Positions 24,321-36,293 of a stretch of 52,949 bases of DNA are shown piece by piece. Numbering within the stretch: position 1 is the first letter of the stretch; each line of letters starts with the position of its first letter. The notes below the pieces were generated by a model that searched no databases, was not told the origin of the DNA, and saw nothing but the letters and a program-made list of their open reading frames with translations. A program made the translations under genes and the position numbers. Origin of the DNA: Octopus bimaculoides (Eukaryota); assembly GCF_001194135.2 (NCBI RefSeq), contig NC_068989.1, positions 42,359,086-42,412,034 of the forward strand, read 5' to 3'.

Positions 24321-26181
24321 ACAAAACTTGATACATATGCATCGATATATGCATTGATATATATNNNNNNNNNNNNNNNNNNNNNNNNNNNNNNNNNNNN
24401 NNNNNNNNNNNNNNNNNNNNNNNNNNNNNNNNNNNNNNNNNNNNNNNNNNNNNNNNNNNNNNNNNNNNNNNNNNNNNNNNNNNNNNNNNNNNNNNNNNNN
24501 NNNNNNNNNNNNNNNNNNNNNNNNNNNNNNNNNNNNNNNNNNNNNNNNNNNNNNNNNNNNNNNNNNNNNNNNNNNNNNNNNNNNNNNNNNNNNNNNNNNN
24601 NNNNNNNNNNNNNNNNNNNNNNNNNNNNNNNNNNNNNNNNNNNNNNNNNNNNNNNNNNNNNNNNNNNNNNNNNNNNNNNNNNNNNNNNNNNNNNNNNNNN
24701 NNNNNNNNNNNNNNNNNNNNNNNNNNNNNNNNNNNNNNNNNNNNNNNNNNNNNNNNNNNNNNNNNNNNNNNNNNNNNNNNNNNNNNNNNNNNNNNNNNNN
24801 NNNNNNNNNNNNNNNNNNNNNNNNNNNNNNNNNNNNNNNNNNNNNNNNNNNNNNNNNNNNNNNNNNNNNNNNNNNNNNNNNNNNNNNNNNNNNNNNNNNN
24901 NNNNNNNNNNNNNNNNNNNNNNNNNNNNNNNNNNNNNNNNNNNNNNNNNNNNNNNNNNNNNNNNNNNNNNNNNNNNNNNNNNNNNNNNNNNNNNNNNNNN
25001 NNNNNNNNNNNNNNNNNTATATATATATATATATATCTGTAGTTAACCAGGAATGATGATTTGTGTATATAATACAAACACCTCACTATCCGTAGGCACC
25101 AGACGAGTGAATGCTATTTTCTTAGAATACTTGCTATCTATCAGATACTTGATATTGCAGGTAACAATGAAGAATAAATAGCATTGCTATTCGAAATTAC
25201 AGTAAGATTAGAAAGACACACAATGCCACCATTTTAAGTGTATATCTGAAATACTTCAGCATGAACAACAATGCAAAATAGCCAAATGCGAAAGACAGTG
25301 ACTTTATGGAGAGGCAGATTGTAGCTGTTTACAGACATGTCACTAGATATAGTAGCAATTTTAGTGAAATCTTATTTTTTTTTTGCTTTCTATTCCACTC
25401 CGTGAAATAACACGATTCATTTCTCATGATTTTTTTTTTTAGTGTGTGTTATGAATGTTATGCTTGAAAATTGCGTAGTTTCCGTGTACGGTTGCACACA
25501 CAAATATATATATAAATNNNNNNNNNNNNNNNNNNNNNNNNNNNNNNNNNNNNNNNNNNNNNNNNNNNNNNNNNNNNNNNNNNNNNNNNNNNNNNNNNNN
25601 NNNNNNNNNNNNNNNNNNNNNNNNNNNNNNNNNNNNNNNNNNNNNNNNNNNNNNNNNNNNNNNNNNNNNNNNNNNNNNNNNNNNNNNNNNNNNNNNNNNN
25701 NNNNNNNNNNNNNNNNNNNNNNNNNNNNNNNNNNNNNNNNNNNNNNNNNNNNNNNNNNNNNNNNNNNNNNNNNNNNNNNNNNNNNNNNNNNNNNNNNNNN
25801 NNNNNNNNNNNNNNNNNNNNNNNNNNNNNNNNNNNNNNNNNNNNNNNNNNNNNNNNNNNNNNNNNNNNNNNNNNNNNNNNNNNNNNNNNNNNNNNNNNNN
25901 NNNNNNNNNNNNNNNNNNNNNNNNNNNNNNNNNNNNNNNNNNNNNNNNNNNNNNNNNNNNNNNNNNNNNNNNNNNNNNNNNNNNNNNNNNNNNNNNNNNN
26001 NNNNNNNNNNNNNNNNNNNNNNNNNNNNNNNNNNNNNNNNNNNNNNNNNNNNNNNNNNNNNNNNNNNNNNNNNNNNNNNNNNNNNNNNNNNNNNNNNNNN
26101 NNNNNNNNNNNNNNNNNNNNNNNNNNNNNNNNNNNNNNNNNNNNNNNNNNNNNNNNNNNNNNNNNNNNNNNNNNNNNNNNN

Positions 26182-26235
<54 letters not shown>

Positions 26236-26907
26236 TTCCTCCTTGACCCTCTCGTCGCTGACACGTGACGAAAGGGAATCTCTCTTTCTGTTCACTGCCT
26301 TCCTCTAGAAAAGACGTGTTTTTTCTGTCTCTTCTCTCATGCACGTCTACCTAGCATTCAAAATAATTTTTCTATCGTCTTGGCTTAACAGCCCTCACTG
26401 TTGTTTTTACTGTCTTGTTCTCACTGTACTGTTCCTGTTAACACTTTCACCCTCCGGAAAAAATTCCATATTGAATAGTTATGCGAATTAAACAAATTAT
26501 TACTAAATTATTTTTGATTGATTACTTGTAAATTTATAAAAATTATCATTCATAGATTGAATTATTTCAAGCTGACATTAGTATTTGTACACAATTGCTT
26601 TGTTAAAATTGAGTATACGATAACTTAATTTAATTAATTTTTAATACAATATAACTTAATTCCTATGAACTAAACAAATTTCTTGTGATAAAAAGATGCC
26701 ACAGAATGTATAACATATTGTGATTCCAATACTTTTGAGCAACAACGTTAGTTCCATACCTTTTAAGGTTTATTATGACATTCTTTAACCCTTTTTAGCA
26801 AGCGCATTTTTCAATTCTAATTTCGTACTTTTTAAGGCAACGCTTGTAATATTTTATATATGCACCGTATTTCTCCTAATGGTGTGGAAGCTCATGGGTG
26901 TACGTCG

Positions 26908-26943
26908 GTGTGTGTGTGTGCTTGTTCTTGCGTGTGTGAGTGT

Positions 26944-27022
<79 letters not shown>
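26908..27022. repeat. (TG)n microsatellite
   Basis: Direct reading. Confidence 0.95.
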
Positions 27023-27023
<1 letters not shown>

Positions 27024-27188
27024 AAGCGTGTCCTAAGTATAGATCCACAGATCTTGTTTAATTTAACTTTAAAATTAATACAAATCAATGTCATTTATAT
27101 TTCTTTCTTTCGTATTTCCTTTAATCAATAGTATTAATTTACATTACATCCTTTTCTCCATACATGTTGAAATATTTCGGCTCTTTAA

Positions 27189-27400
27189 GGCGGCGAGCTG
27201 GCAGAAACGTTAGCACGCTGGGCGAAATACTTAGCGGTATTTTCTCTATCTGATCGTTCTGAGTTCAAATTCCACCGAAGTTAATTTTGCCTTTCATCCT
27301 TTCAGGATCGATAAATTAAGTACCAGCTGCGTACTGGGTCGATCTAATCGACTGGCTCCTCTCCCAAAATTTCGGAGCTTCTGCCTAGAGTAGAAAAGAA
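27189..27400 (+). mobile_element. SINE family A (tail A2), full-length
   Basis: ggcggcgagctggcagaaacgttagcacg head; gagttcaaattcc B-box; tttgcctttcatcctttcaggatcgataaattaagtaccag core; tail cccaaaatttcgg...tagagtagaaaagaa. Confidence 0.9.
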
Positions 27401-27547
27401 CATTTTGACTCTTTGGTGGTAAAAAAAAAACCAAAACTACATGGACTATTGTAACTGATACGGCTTTTTCGACGTTGTTCTCATTTTCTTCTTGGAAATT
27501 TACGGATTTTACATAAGCAAATGAAGCAGGTAAGAACAAATATCCTG

Positions 27548-27642
27548 TCAAGAAGACACTTGCCAGGTGCCACGCAGTGTGACTGAACCCTGAAGTATGT
27601 GGTTGGAAAGCAAGCTTCTTACCACACAGCCGCGCCTGTGCC
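27548..27642 (-). mobile_element. SINE family B 5' fragment
   Basis: agaagacacttgccaggtgccacgcagtgtgactgaaccc...ttcttaccacacagccgcgcctg. Confidence 0.8.
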
Positions 27643-27656
27643 TACTTTGATAATAT

Positions 27657-27690
<34 letters not shown>

Positions 27691-27854
27691 TGGTATGTAC
27701 CTATGTATGTATGCATGCATGTGTTTGTGTATGTATGTATGTATGTATGTATATTTATACCACTTAATTTGATTGTTTTATGAAAAAATAATCGAATAAA
27801 GAGGAAATTAGTTTAGTAAATGATTTATTTATAATAATAATGATTTCTTGCAAG

Positions 27855-28450
27855 TTGCTTGAGATTGGGAAATGCATGAAGCAAGAGATATGCTTTCTCC
27901 GTACTTATTTTATATGGTTAAATGATTCTAATAAGAAAAATAAAATTGCCTTAAATTCGAAATTGGTATAAATCTTGTCGGAAAGAAAGCTAACAGTCTC
28001 GAGTATTGCAACAATATTGCATTGATTACAGAAAACAAATACGACTATGTTGTTGGAAGAGTAATGAAAAGGTTGGCATTTTCCACAACGTCAGATAAAC
28101 GAAGATTGTGCCCAATAAAGAAACGTACGATGGTATCATATACAATGAAGTAATAGAAGTTTGTGAAATCATTTGATTTCTTTAGAGTTATTATCTGCAT
28201 TAACGTCGAAGGCTACACGAAAGAAATAAAATAGAGATGACTAAACTGCACGTGATCTGGAAGGATTGGATTACTTTAAAAAGAAACGGAGAGAGACATT
28301 AATCAAAGATTTGATAGTTATGTCCTACTGAATACAAATGTGGGGAATTAAAGAGACTGATCTGGAGAGAATTGATGTATTTGAAATGGGGAGCTGATGA
28401 AAAATGATTAATGCTCTAACAAATAAATTTTGCACGAAATTGAAGAAATG
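27855..28450 (+). mobile_element. old RTE-clade LINE RT remnant
   Basis: Broken frames give KQ..MLSPYLFY, FEIGINLVGKKANSLEYCNNIALITEN (decayed NLRYADD), IEVCE..FL, IWKD, and WGIKETDLERIDVFEM (ETW..K.D..RIDAFE). Confidence 0.75.
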
Positions 28451-28633
28451 ATATAATATTTAGAATAATCCTGCAAGTAGAACTGAAGCACTTTTGATAA
28501 ATTACAAGAAAAGAAAAATAATAGTATTATCTCTTATTGTTTACTTGTTTCAGTCCTTAGACGACAACCATACTGTGGCACCACCTCGAAGGGTTAGTCG
28601 AATAAATCCCAATACTTTAAAGTTTATCTATCC

Positions 28634-28697
<64 letters not shown>

Positions 28698-29094
28698 ATG
28701 TATGTATGTATTGTTATTATGTATGTATTGTGAGAAATAGAATAAATGAAATTAAAACTGCACAAGGAGTATATCAGAATTAATTAGAATTTAATATGTT
28801 AAAATATATGAATACACTTGACCGGTTTCACATTTGATTTTGAAAATTGTATACTGTATAGAGTTGTGTCACGAATTATGTCTATTCTGGCCGTTGTTAT
28901 GAAACAGTGTGTATATAAAGTAGGAATGTGGCTCAGAACACTATCCATTAACATACAAATTGATTGGTCAACAATTTATGCATTTACGCTCATGTGACAG
29001 TCCCGAAAGCAGATCACATTTATATTCAATGAATATGTTATATGACAGTTAGAAAAGAGAGATATGAATAAGTGATATAATAATTGTTTACAGT

Positions 29095-31560
29095 ACTTTC
29101 GTGTTGGTAAGTAGTTTTTTAGGGACTTCGGTTGCCTTTCGCATTTGATTATTTCTATATTTCATGTAAACTTTTCATTCTTGGGTCTTGGCTCAAAAGC
29201 AATATTTTCTGATTGGTAATGCTGAATGTTTCTATATTTCTTGGGTTGTGTGTTGTAATTAAAGATAGAGTTTTTGGTGTATCTAAGCAATTTTTGGCTT
29301 TGCTTAATTCTCCAATATTTCATATTGCTCTGGCGCGTTCCATTCTGTTCTCTATTAAAATAGACGGGTACATTCTTTCAAATAGTGCCAGCTTTAATTC
29401 AAGAAGCCTTTTATTCTGAACATCCAAATTGGAGACAATTGTTCTGATTCTTCCAGTTATGTTAAATGGAATATTGGATTTGATATGTTATGGGTGGTAT
29501 GAAGAAAACAGTAGGTACAAGTCCGTGGGCTTGTAGTAGATGTCGGTTTTTATGTTCGTGCCATTCTTAATAATTGAAATGTCTAAGAAGGACAGTTGGT
29601 TAAGAAGGGTTGTTGGCTAAATTCTATGGTGAACTGAATACTGTTATTGATACTATTGAGTAGGAATTTTAAATCGTTGAGTTCATCTAGGTTGTATGTC
29701 CACAGAATAAGGTAGTCATCTAAATATCGTTTCTAGTTTTTCACCAAATAATTTTCAAAGCTGATACCGTACTTTGCTTTTGGCTTGTTCATGCATTTGG
29801 ACTTCTAGATATGCTATGACTAAGTTGGCGTATACTGGGGCAACTTTTGTAATCATCGCAGATCCAGATATTTGTTGGTAGGTGCTTTTCTCGGAAATGA
29901 AGTTGTTTTGAAGGATGAATTTTAATTCCTCTGTAATTAATTATTGATCAATTCGATCTGGAATTTCGTCCTTAGTCAAAAACCTATTGTCTGAAGTCCG
30001 TACTCGTGTGGAATGGTAGTATAAATATTTACTATATCAAATGAAGTGATTATGGTATCCTGTTAGCTTTTTTCAGGGGGTAGTTTAATAGGTTTGGTCA
30101 CCCCTTATGAAACTTTGTATAAATTTTAAGAGACGGTTTAACAGTATGTCAACGAAGTTGCTAAGTCAGTGAGTTTCATAGACTGGGCCAGCTACAATCG
30201 GTCTTAATTTGAGATCCGTCAGGAAGAGTATGTTTATGTTGACTGAGTGTGATTCTTTACGGGACTCATTAATTATTTTATTTTTGTGGATTTTGGGAAG
30301 TACGAGGAGAAAGTGGTTTCGGCTATAAAATTTGTTAGATAGTCAATTTCTTCATTGGTTAAGCCTTTTCCGTGTTGGTTTATGAGAATGTTAAATTTAG
30401 ACATTGTCTTTGTTTGTTGATCGTTCTTTACTATCTTATAGTGGGTAGTGTCTTCAAGTAGAGTTTAAGCCGCATTTTTGTATTGTTCCATATTCATAAG
30501 TACAGCACTTGTTTTATAATTTTCTTTTATAGCTATGTTATTATTGCTTTTAGGTCATATATTGTTTTCCATTCTGTTCGACTAGTGTTGGACTTCCGTT
30601 TCGGAAAAGGGAGTTTAAGGGAAGGTGGATATAAACTCAGAAAATTTGTCTAGTGTCTTTTTCTTCTTTTTGTTGGGTTGTAACTGCTTCTGTTTTGCAC
30701 AATGGAATGATCAGTATCAAAAAGTTCTGTTAATCTTAATTTCCTACAAAAAAAATTTAGATATCATCTCGTACTTCCCTGAAGTTAAGATAATGTGCTG
30801 TCGGGGTAAATTTTAGACTTTTTGAAAGAATTTGTATTTGTTCTTTCGAGAGATTTAAGTCGGAAAGATTTATTTTAGGTTTCTTATCTTTATTCTGTAC
30901 TACCGGGCATCTTAAAATTATTCTTCTGGGCTTAAAAAAATGGCTTATGATGTTTGTTCTTTTGGTTGTGTTTCTAAGTTTGTGGTTATACACTCCGTTT
31001 CTTTCCAGTTTTCTGGAATAATTGTTGTCCTTTGTATGTCTGAATAAAGGCCATTGATGTCTATGATAGTTTCTCCTGTCATAATTACGGCTTCTTTGTG
31101 TATATTGAAATATTTGGTGGGTTTATTTTGTTGTCTAGAGAACCTGGAATCGGTGTTGTATCTTGCAAATCGTTGGTGGATAAAATTCTTAACTTTCGAT
31201 GTTTGTTGTGTGCGAATAAAACTGGCATGCTTTAATTTTTATACATACATACATATAATCATGTGTGCGTGTGTAAAATTAATTTAACTACTTTCAACTT
31301 CAATTGTTTGTCGTAATTTATTTATATAATAACTCCACCCTTTTCTTTGAAAGTTTGCCAACCTTTTAGGCGAGTCTTTTCTGTAGATAAAAGCTTCAGA
31401 TAATTAAGAGTATTTTTGAGTTTGGCTTTCAGTGTATCACTCCTTAAGCGAAGTAAGGCAAAGCGGTTACGAAAATTGCTTTGCAACCGCAAGGTACCGC
31501 ATTCGATACTAACACGAGGTATCCTGGGCAAATATAATTTTTTATTGTCTCAGCTCGACT
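29095..31560 (-). mobile_element. Penelope-like element, long decayed ORF (N-terminal region + RT + linker; endonuclease missing)
   Basis: INLSDLNLSKEQIQILSKSLKFTPT; LKLRPIVAGP; APVYANLV; KRYLDDYLILW (YLDD at 29715-29726); FLDI; TDIYYKPTD; HP.HIKSNIP; THNPRN; RQPKSLK. Many stops and frameshifts. Confidence 0.9.
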
Positions 31561-31589
31561 TATACCTTGACAGTAAAACAAAGGTGATG

Positions 31590-31800
31590 GAAACAGTATA
31601 GAAGCTCGTCTGGTAGACTGCACTTGTAATTCAAAGATTACTATCTTGTCACACGCTGTACCACGATGATTCTGTCTAAGAGTTACGTTAAAGGTATGCG
31701 TATCTTTGGAATGCTCATCCATTTGTACGTTAATTCAGGAGCAGATAATTCTGTTCATTGAACAACTGCGTCCTCACCGTTGTACGACGGAGATACACTA
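31590..31800 (+). mobile_element. 3' tail of SINE family C/D, old copy
   Basis: cttgtaattcaaag...cttgtcacac...agttacgttaaaggtatgcgt...tacgttaattc. Confidence 0.6.
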
Positions 31801-32519
31801 CCACTACCATGTCACTACTTAAATTATTTATCGAAATGCATGCCATTAAGCTATTTTTGTTATCTACTTTGGTTAATAAATTAGCTTTTTATGTATCATT
31901 TTGTTATTTACTAATAGAGCTGACTTTACTAATAGAGCTAAGTTATAGTTCAATTGTGCCTCATTTATTTCAAATATCAATTTTCAGAACTGGGTTTCCT
32001 ATTATACATATATACCCACGAATGAGGAACCAAACACCCGTTGGGTGGTAGATTTACAATATCATCTCATTCTGTAATATTACAAAAATGGTGCCGTGAT
32101 TTACGGAAACAAACATAGCGTCAGATAAAACATACAACGGCCTTTAGCCGTTTACCTTTACGATTTTGAGTTCGAATCACAGCCAAATTCCACTTCGTCT
32201 TTTATTCTAACGGGGTCAGTAAAATATAATTGTAGAAATTATATAATCCAAATTTAGGACACTGTGTAAAGTGCCTTTGTAAAGAAAACATTAAAATTTA
32301 AAAGAAAAGACATGCATAAGACATTTCTCCTGATAAACACTGAGAGCCGACATCAACATAACAACAATAATAGAAACGACAAGGTATCCAGCCAATGCGT
32401 TACAAGCCAAAGAAGGAGTCGTTTAATGATAACTAGACTTGTTAGAAATAACAGATCGTTTATCCCCACATCCTACCCCAAGACAAAATGAACACATTGG
32501 TTCACATTAGACTGGAGTA

Positions 32520-32720
32520 TACTCTTTTACTCTTTTACTTGTTTCAGTCATTTGACTGCGGCCATGCTGGAACACCGCCTTTTAGTCGAGCAAATCGACC
32601 CCGGGACTTATTCTTTGTAAGCCTAGTACTTATTCTATCGGTCTCTTTTGCCGAACCGCTAATGTTACGGGGACATAAGCACACCAGCATCGGTTGTCAA
32701 GCAACGCTAGGGGGACAAAC
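32520..32720 (-). mobile_element. SINE family B 3' half, young
   Basis: tactcttttacttgtttcagtcatttgactgcggccatgctgg...cggttgtcaagc...ggggacaaacac; continues into (CA)n and a gap. Confidence 0.9.
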
Positions 32721-32728
32721 ACACACAC

Positions 32729-32780
<52 letters not shown>

Positions 32781-33775
32781 NNNNNNNNNNNNNNNNNNNN
32801 NNNNNNNNNNNNNNNNNNNNNNNNNNNNNNNNNNNNNNNNNNNNNNNNNNNNNNNNNNNNNNNNNNNNNNNNNNNNNNNNNNNNNNNNNNNNNNNNNNNN
32901 NNNNNNNNNNNNNNNNNNNNNNNNNNNNNNNNNNNNNNNNNNNNNNNNNNNNNNNNNNNNNNNNNNNNNNNNNNNNNNNNNNNNNNNNNNNNNNNNNNNN
33001 NNNNNNNNNNNNNNNNNNNNNNNNNNNNNNNNNNNNNNNNNNNNNNNNNNNNNNNNNNNNNNNNNNNNNNNNNNNNNNNNNNNNNNNNNNNNNNNNNNNN
33101 NNNNNNNNNNNNNNNNNNNNNNNNNNNNNNNNNNNNNNNNNNNNNNNNNNNNNNNNNNNNNNNNNNNNNNNNNNNNNNNNNNNNNNNNNNNNNNNNNNNN
33201 NNNNNNNNNNNNNNNNNNNNNNNNNNNNNNNNNNNNNNNNNNNNNNNNNNNNNNNNNNNNNNNNNNNNNNNNNNNNNNNNNNNNNNNNNNNNNNNNNNNN
33301 NNNNNNNNNNNNNNNNNNNNNNNNNNNNNNNNNNNNNNNNNNNNNNNNNNNNNNNNNNNNNNNNNNNNNNNNNNNNNNNNNNNNNNNNNNNNNNNNNNNN
33401 NNNNNNNNNNNNNNNNNNNNNNNNNNNNNNNNNNNNNNNNNNNNNNNNNNNNNNNNNNNNNNNNNNNNNNNNNNNNNNNNNNNNNNNNNNNNNNNNNNNN
33501 NNNNNNNNNNNNNNNNNNNNNNNNNNNNNNNNNNNNNNNNNNNNNNNNNNNNNNNNNNNNNNNNNNNNNNNNNNNNNNNNNNNNNNNNNNNNNNNNNNNN
33601 NNNNNNNNNNNNNNNNNNNNNNNNNNNNNNNNNNNNNNNNNNNNNNNNNNNNNNNNNNNNNNNNNNNNNNNNNNNNNNNNNNNNNNNNNNNNNNNNNNNN
33701 NNNNNNNNNNNNNNNNNNNNNNNNNNNNNNNNNNNNNNNNNNNNNNNNNNNNNNNNNNNNNNNNNNNNNNNNNNN

Positions 33776-34620
33776 CTGTTCCAGGACCTTACTCTGGTCC
33801 TGGGGACAGTCTTTCTTGATATGACCGGGCTTCAGACACCGGTGGCACTTGGGTTTACGTCCCTCAAGAATTACCGGATATTTCTGGCCGGCCATCCTCA
33901 AAAACTCCGGAAATACCAGATCTCTGGCTGATTGGGTCCACAGGGTCAAAACCGCTTTTGCCCCAACCCAATCAGCTGTAGGTAAAATTTTCACATTTAA
34001 GAGCTTTGCTCCACTGCCACCCAGACGCCGTCGGATAGTATCCTCTATCCAATCAGGTTCTATACCGGGTGGCAGCCCACAGATCCAAGCCCTAGTTAAT
34101 TTCTTCCCACAGTATATGGGAAGAAACAGAATTTGATCCCGGTTCCGCTGCAGTCGTCACTTCGCTGGTGAAAACTAAATCCTTTGCGTAGTTCTACGTG
34201 GTGTAGTTCAAAGCAAGAGGAAGACTTTTCTTTAAATTTATTAGCTTTCAAAACGTGGTTTGATAACAATAAATTCCTTTTCTTTTTTAAACAAAGTTCA
34301 CAATATTAATTTGTAGTTCTCAATTCACGGCTTGAAAACAACAAACCTTTACAAACTAAGTTCACAATTTTTGGAGGAGTTATACCTCCAAAACACTCTT
34401 CTCACCGCTAAGTGAGACATTAAGCACAACCATAGGCAGACAAATGCGTGGAATTCAGTGGAGGTTTCTTGTTCGACATAAATATAAATAAATACGAGCA
34501 ACAAACCCCCACTAAATCCCCAAAAAACACAAAAGTCTTACCTGTAGTTGTACGTCAAAAATTCACGACGCTGGCATTCAGCGACGTGAAGCCGGAGCGA
34601 CAATAAACACGTCCTTTCGC
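33776..34620 (-). mobile_element. Tx1/L1-like LINE 5' region: probable 5' UTR and ORF1 with intact CCHC zinc knuckle
   Basis: Open frame DQILFLPIYCGKKLTRAWICGLPPGIEPDWI...PVILEGRKPKCHRCLKPGHIKKDC (Cx2Cx4Hx4C); G/T-rich upstream leader; runs into a 995-N gap. Confidence 0.8.
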
Positions 34621-35148
34621 TAAGCACGCTACTTACCATACAGACACTCCTGCGCCTATGATACTGTATATGAAAAGATTAGGAAAGATCATGGATAAAT
34701 TGCCATTGATTTGTAAGTAGTAGTAGTACTGCATATATATATACACATATACATACATACATACATACATACATACATACATACATACATACATACGTAC
34801 GTACGTACATATATNNNNNNNNNNNNNNNNNNNNNNNNNNNNNNNNNNNNNNNNNNNNNNNNNNNNNNNNNNNNNNNNNNNNNNNNNNNNNNNNNNNNNN
34901 NNNNNNNNNNNNNNNNNNNNNNNNNNNNNNNNNNNNNNNNNNNNNNNNNNNNNNNNNNNNNNNNNNNNNNNNNNNNNNNNNNNNNNNNNNNNNNNNNNNN
35001 NNNNNNNNNNNNNNNNNNNNNNNNNNNNNNNNNNNNNNNNNNNNNNNNNNNNNNNNNNNNNNNNNNNNNNNNNNNNNNNNNNNNNNNNNNNNNNNNNNNN
35101 NNNNNNNNNNNNNNNNNNNNNNNNNNNNNNNNNNNNNNNNTATATATA

Positions 35149-35618
35149 TAAACACAAGGACACAGGAAATGTGTCAAGGCCGACAGGAAGCAGTGCTGCT
35201 TCCTAGGGCTGAATAGCAGTATTGTTGTTCGCTTCATGGGACTGTCACATTAAGTTGACAGCATACAACTACTTTATCGTATCACTACTGCATAAATCTC
35301 TCTGAGAGATTTAGAAATGTATTATTGCTATTTTTGAAATCAGTGAATGTATTTCACTAGAATTATTATATGTTTACAAGAGCTTGGCAGGCATCTCCAA
35401 CAGCAGGCCATGCTACTCCAGACTGATGATGAGCAATGACTTTGAAACTAGTCTCTGGATGCAGGCTTAGCTGGGTGGGGGTGTTTGTCTCGCCCTTGTA
35501 AACATAAGGACACAGGAAATGTGTGAAGGCCGATAGGAAGCAGTGCTGCTTCCTGGGGCTGAATAGCAGTAGTGTTGTTCCCTTCATGGGGCTGTCACGT
35601 TAAGTTGACAGCATGCAA
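35149..35618 (+). mobile_element. retrozyme-like non-autonomous retroelement: 350-bp monomer + 120-bp terminal redundancy
   Basis: 35149-35268 and 35499-35618 are direct repeats (9 mismatches in 120 by manual count), period 350; no ORF of note; a hammerhead motif lies between them. Confidence 0.7.
35407..35466 (+). ncRNA. minimal type I hammerhead ribozyme motif
   Basis: Stem I tccaga (35417-22) with tctgga (35454-59), extendable via tgc/gca and gcc/ggc; CTGATGA (35423-29); short stem II; GAAA (35444-47); palindromic helix III ACTAGT; GUC cleavage triplet, predicted cut after 35453. Confidence 0.75.
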
Positions 35619-36262
35619 ACACACGCACACACACACACACACGCACATACCCATGCTTTCATACTTTCCGTACGGCTCACTCGACTCTTCATATTTCTTA
35701 TACTCTCTTTTATATGTACTAATACTTCCTAAACCATTCACGACTGCATGTTAAACAAGAGACCAAACAGCAGAATGTTTCTCTCGTTATCACTACTCAT
35801 TAATTTATCATAATTTATCAAGGTTCATTATATTACATGTTAATTATGGAACACGTTATCTCGGTAGTTAAATTACAGCAATTTCATCTATGTCTTTATT
35901 TTCATCTAAGCTGCTAAAGATATCATTTCGTAGAAATATTATCTCTATAATACTTAGGCTTAAGTGCCTTTAAGCTTATTTTGAAGGTTATCTTTCAGAT
36001 ATATCCAGATTTGCTTCTCTATGCAGTACATTTTGATGTCTCCATTTACAGATAAATATTCCGTCGATGAGTTACGCATCTTCTATTTTGATAGTATTCT
36101 TTCCCGACGGCTCTTCAATGCAGCATTTTCACATCCCACCATACCTGTTTATCATATCACTTTGACTGTTGTTTGCTTATAGCAATCTTTCATATGAGTC
36201 TGTGTGCGCGCGCGTGTACATGTCTTTCATTTGCTTATATACTTTTCATTTATATATATATA

Positions 36263-36293
<31 letters not shown>

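Noticed and set aside
35366-35587. Paralogous small ORFs MKGTTLLLFSPRKQHCF and MKRTTILLFSPRKQHCF as a duplicated peptide gene
   Set aside because: They are antisense readings of the 120-bp direct repeat of the retrozyme-like unit, with no independent coding evidence.
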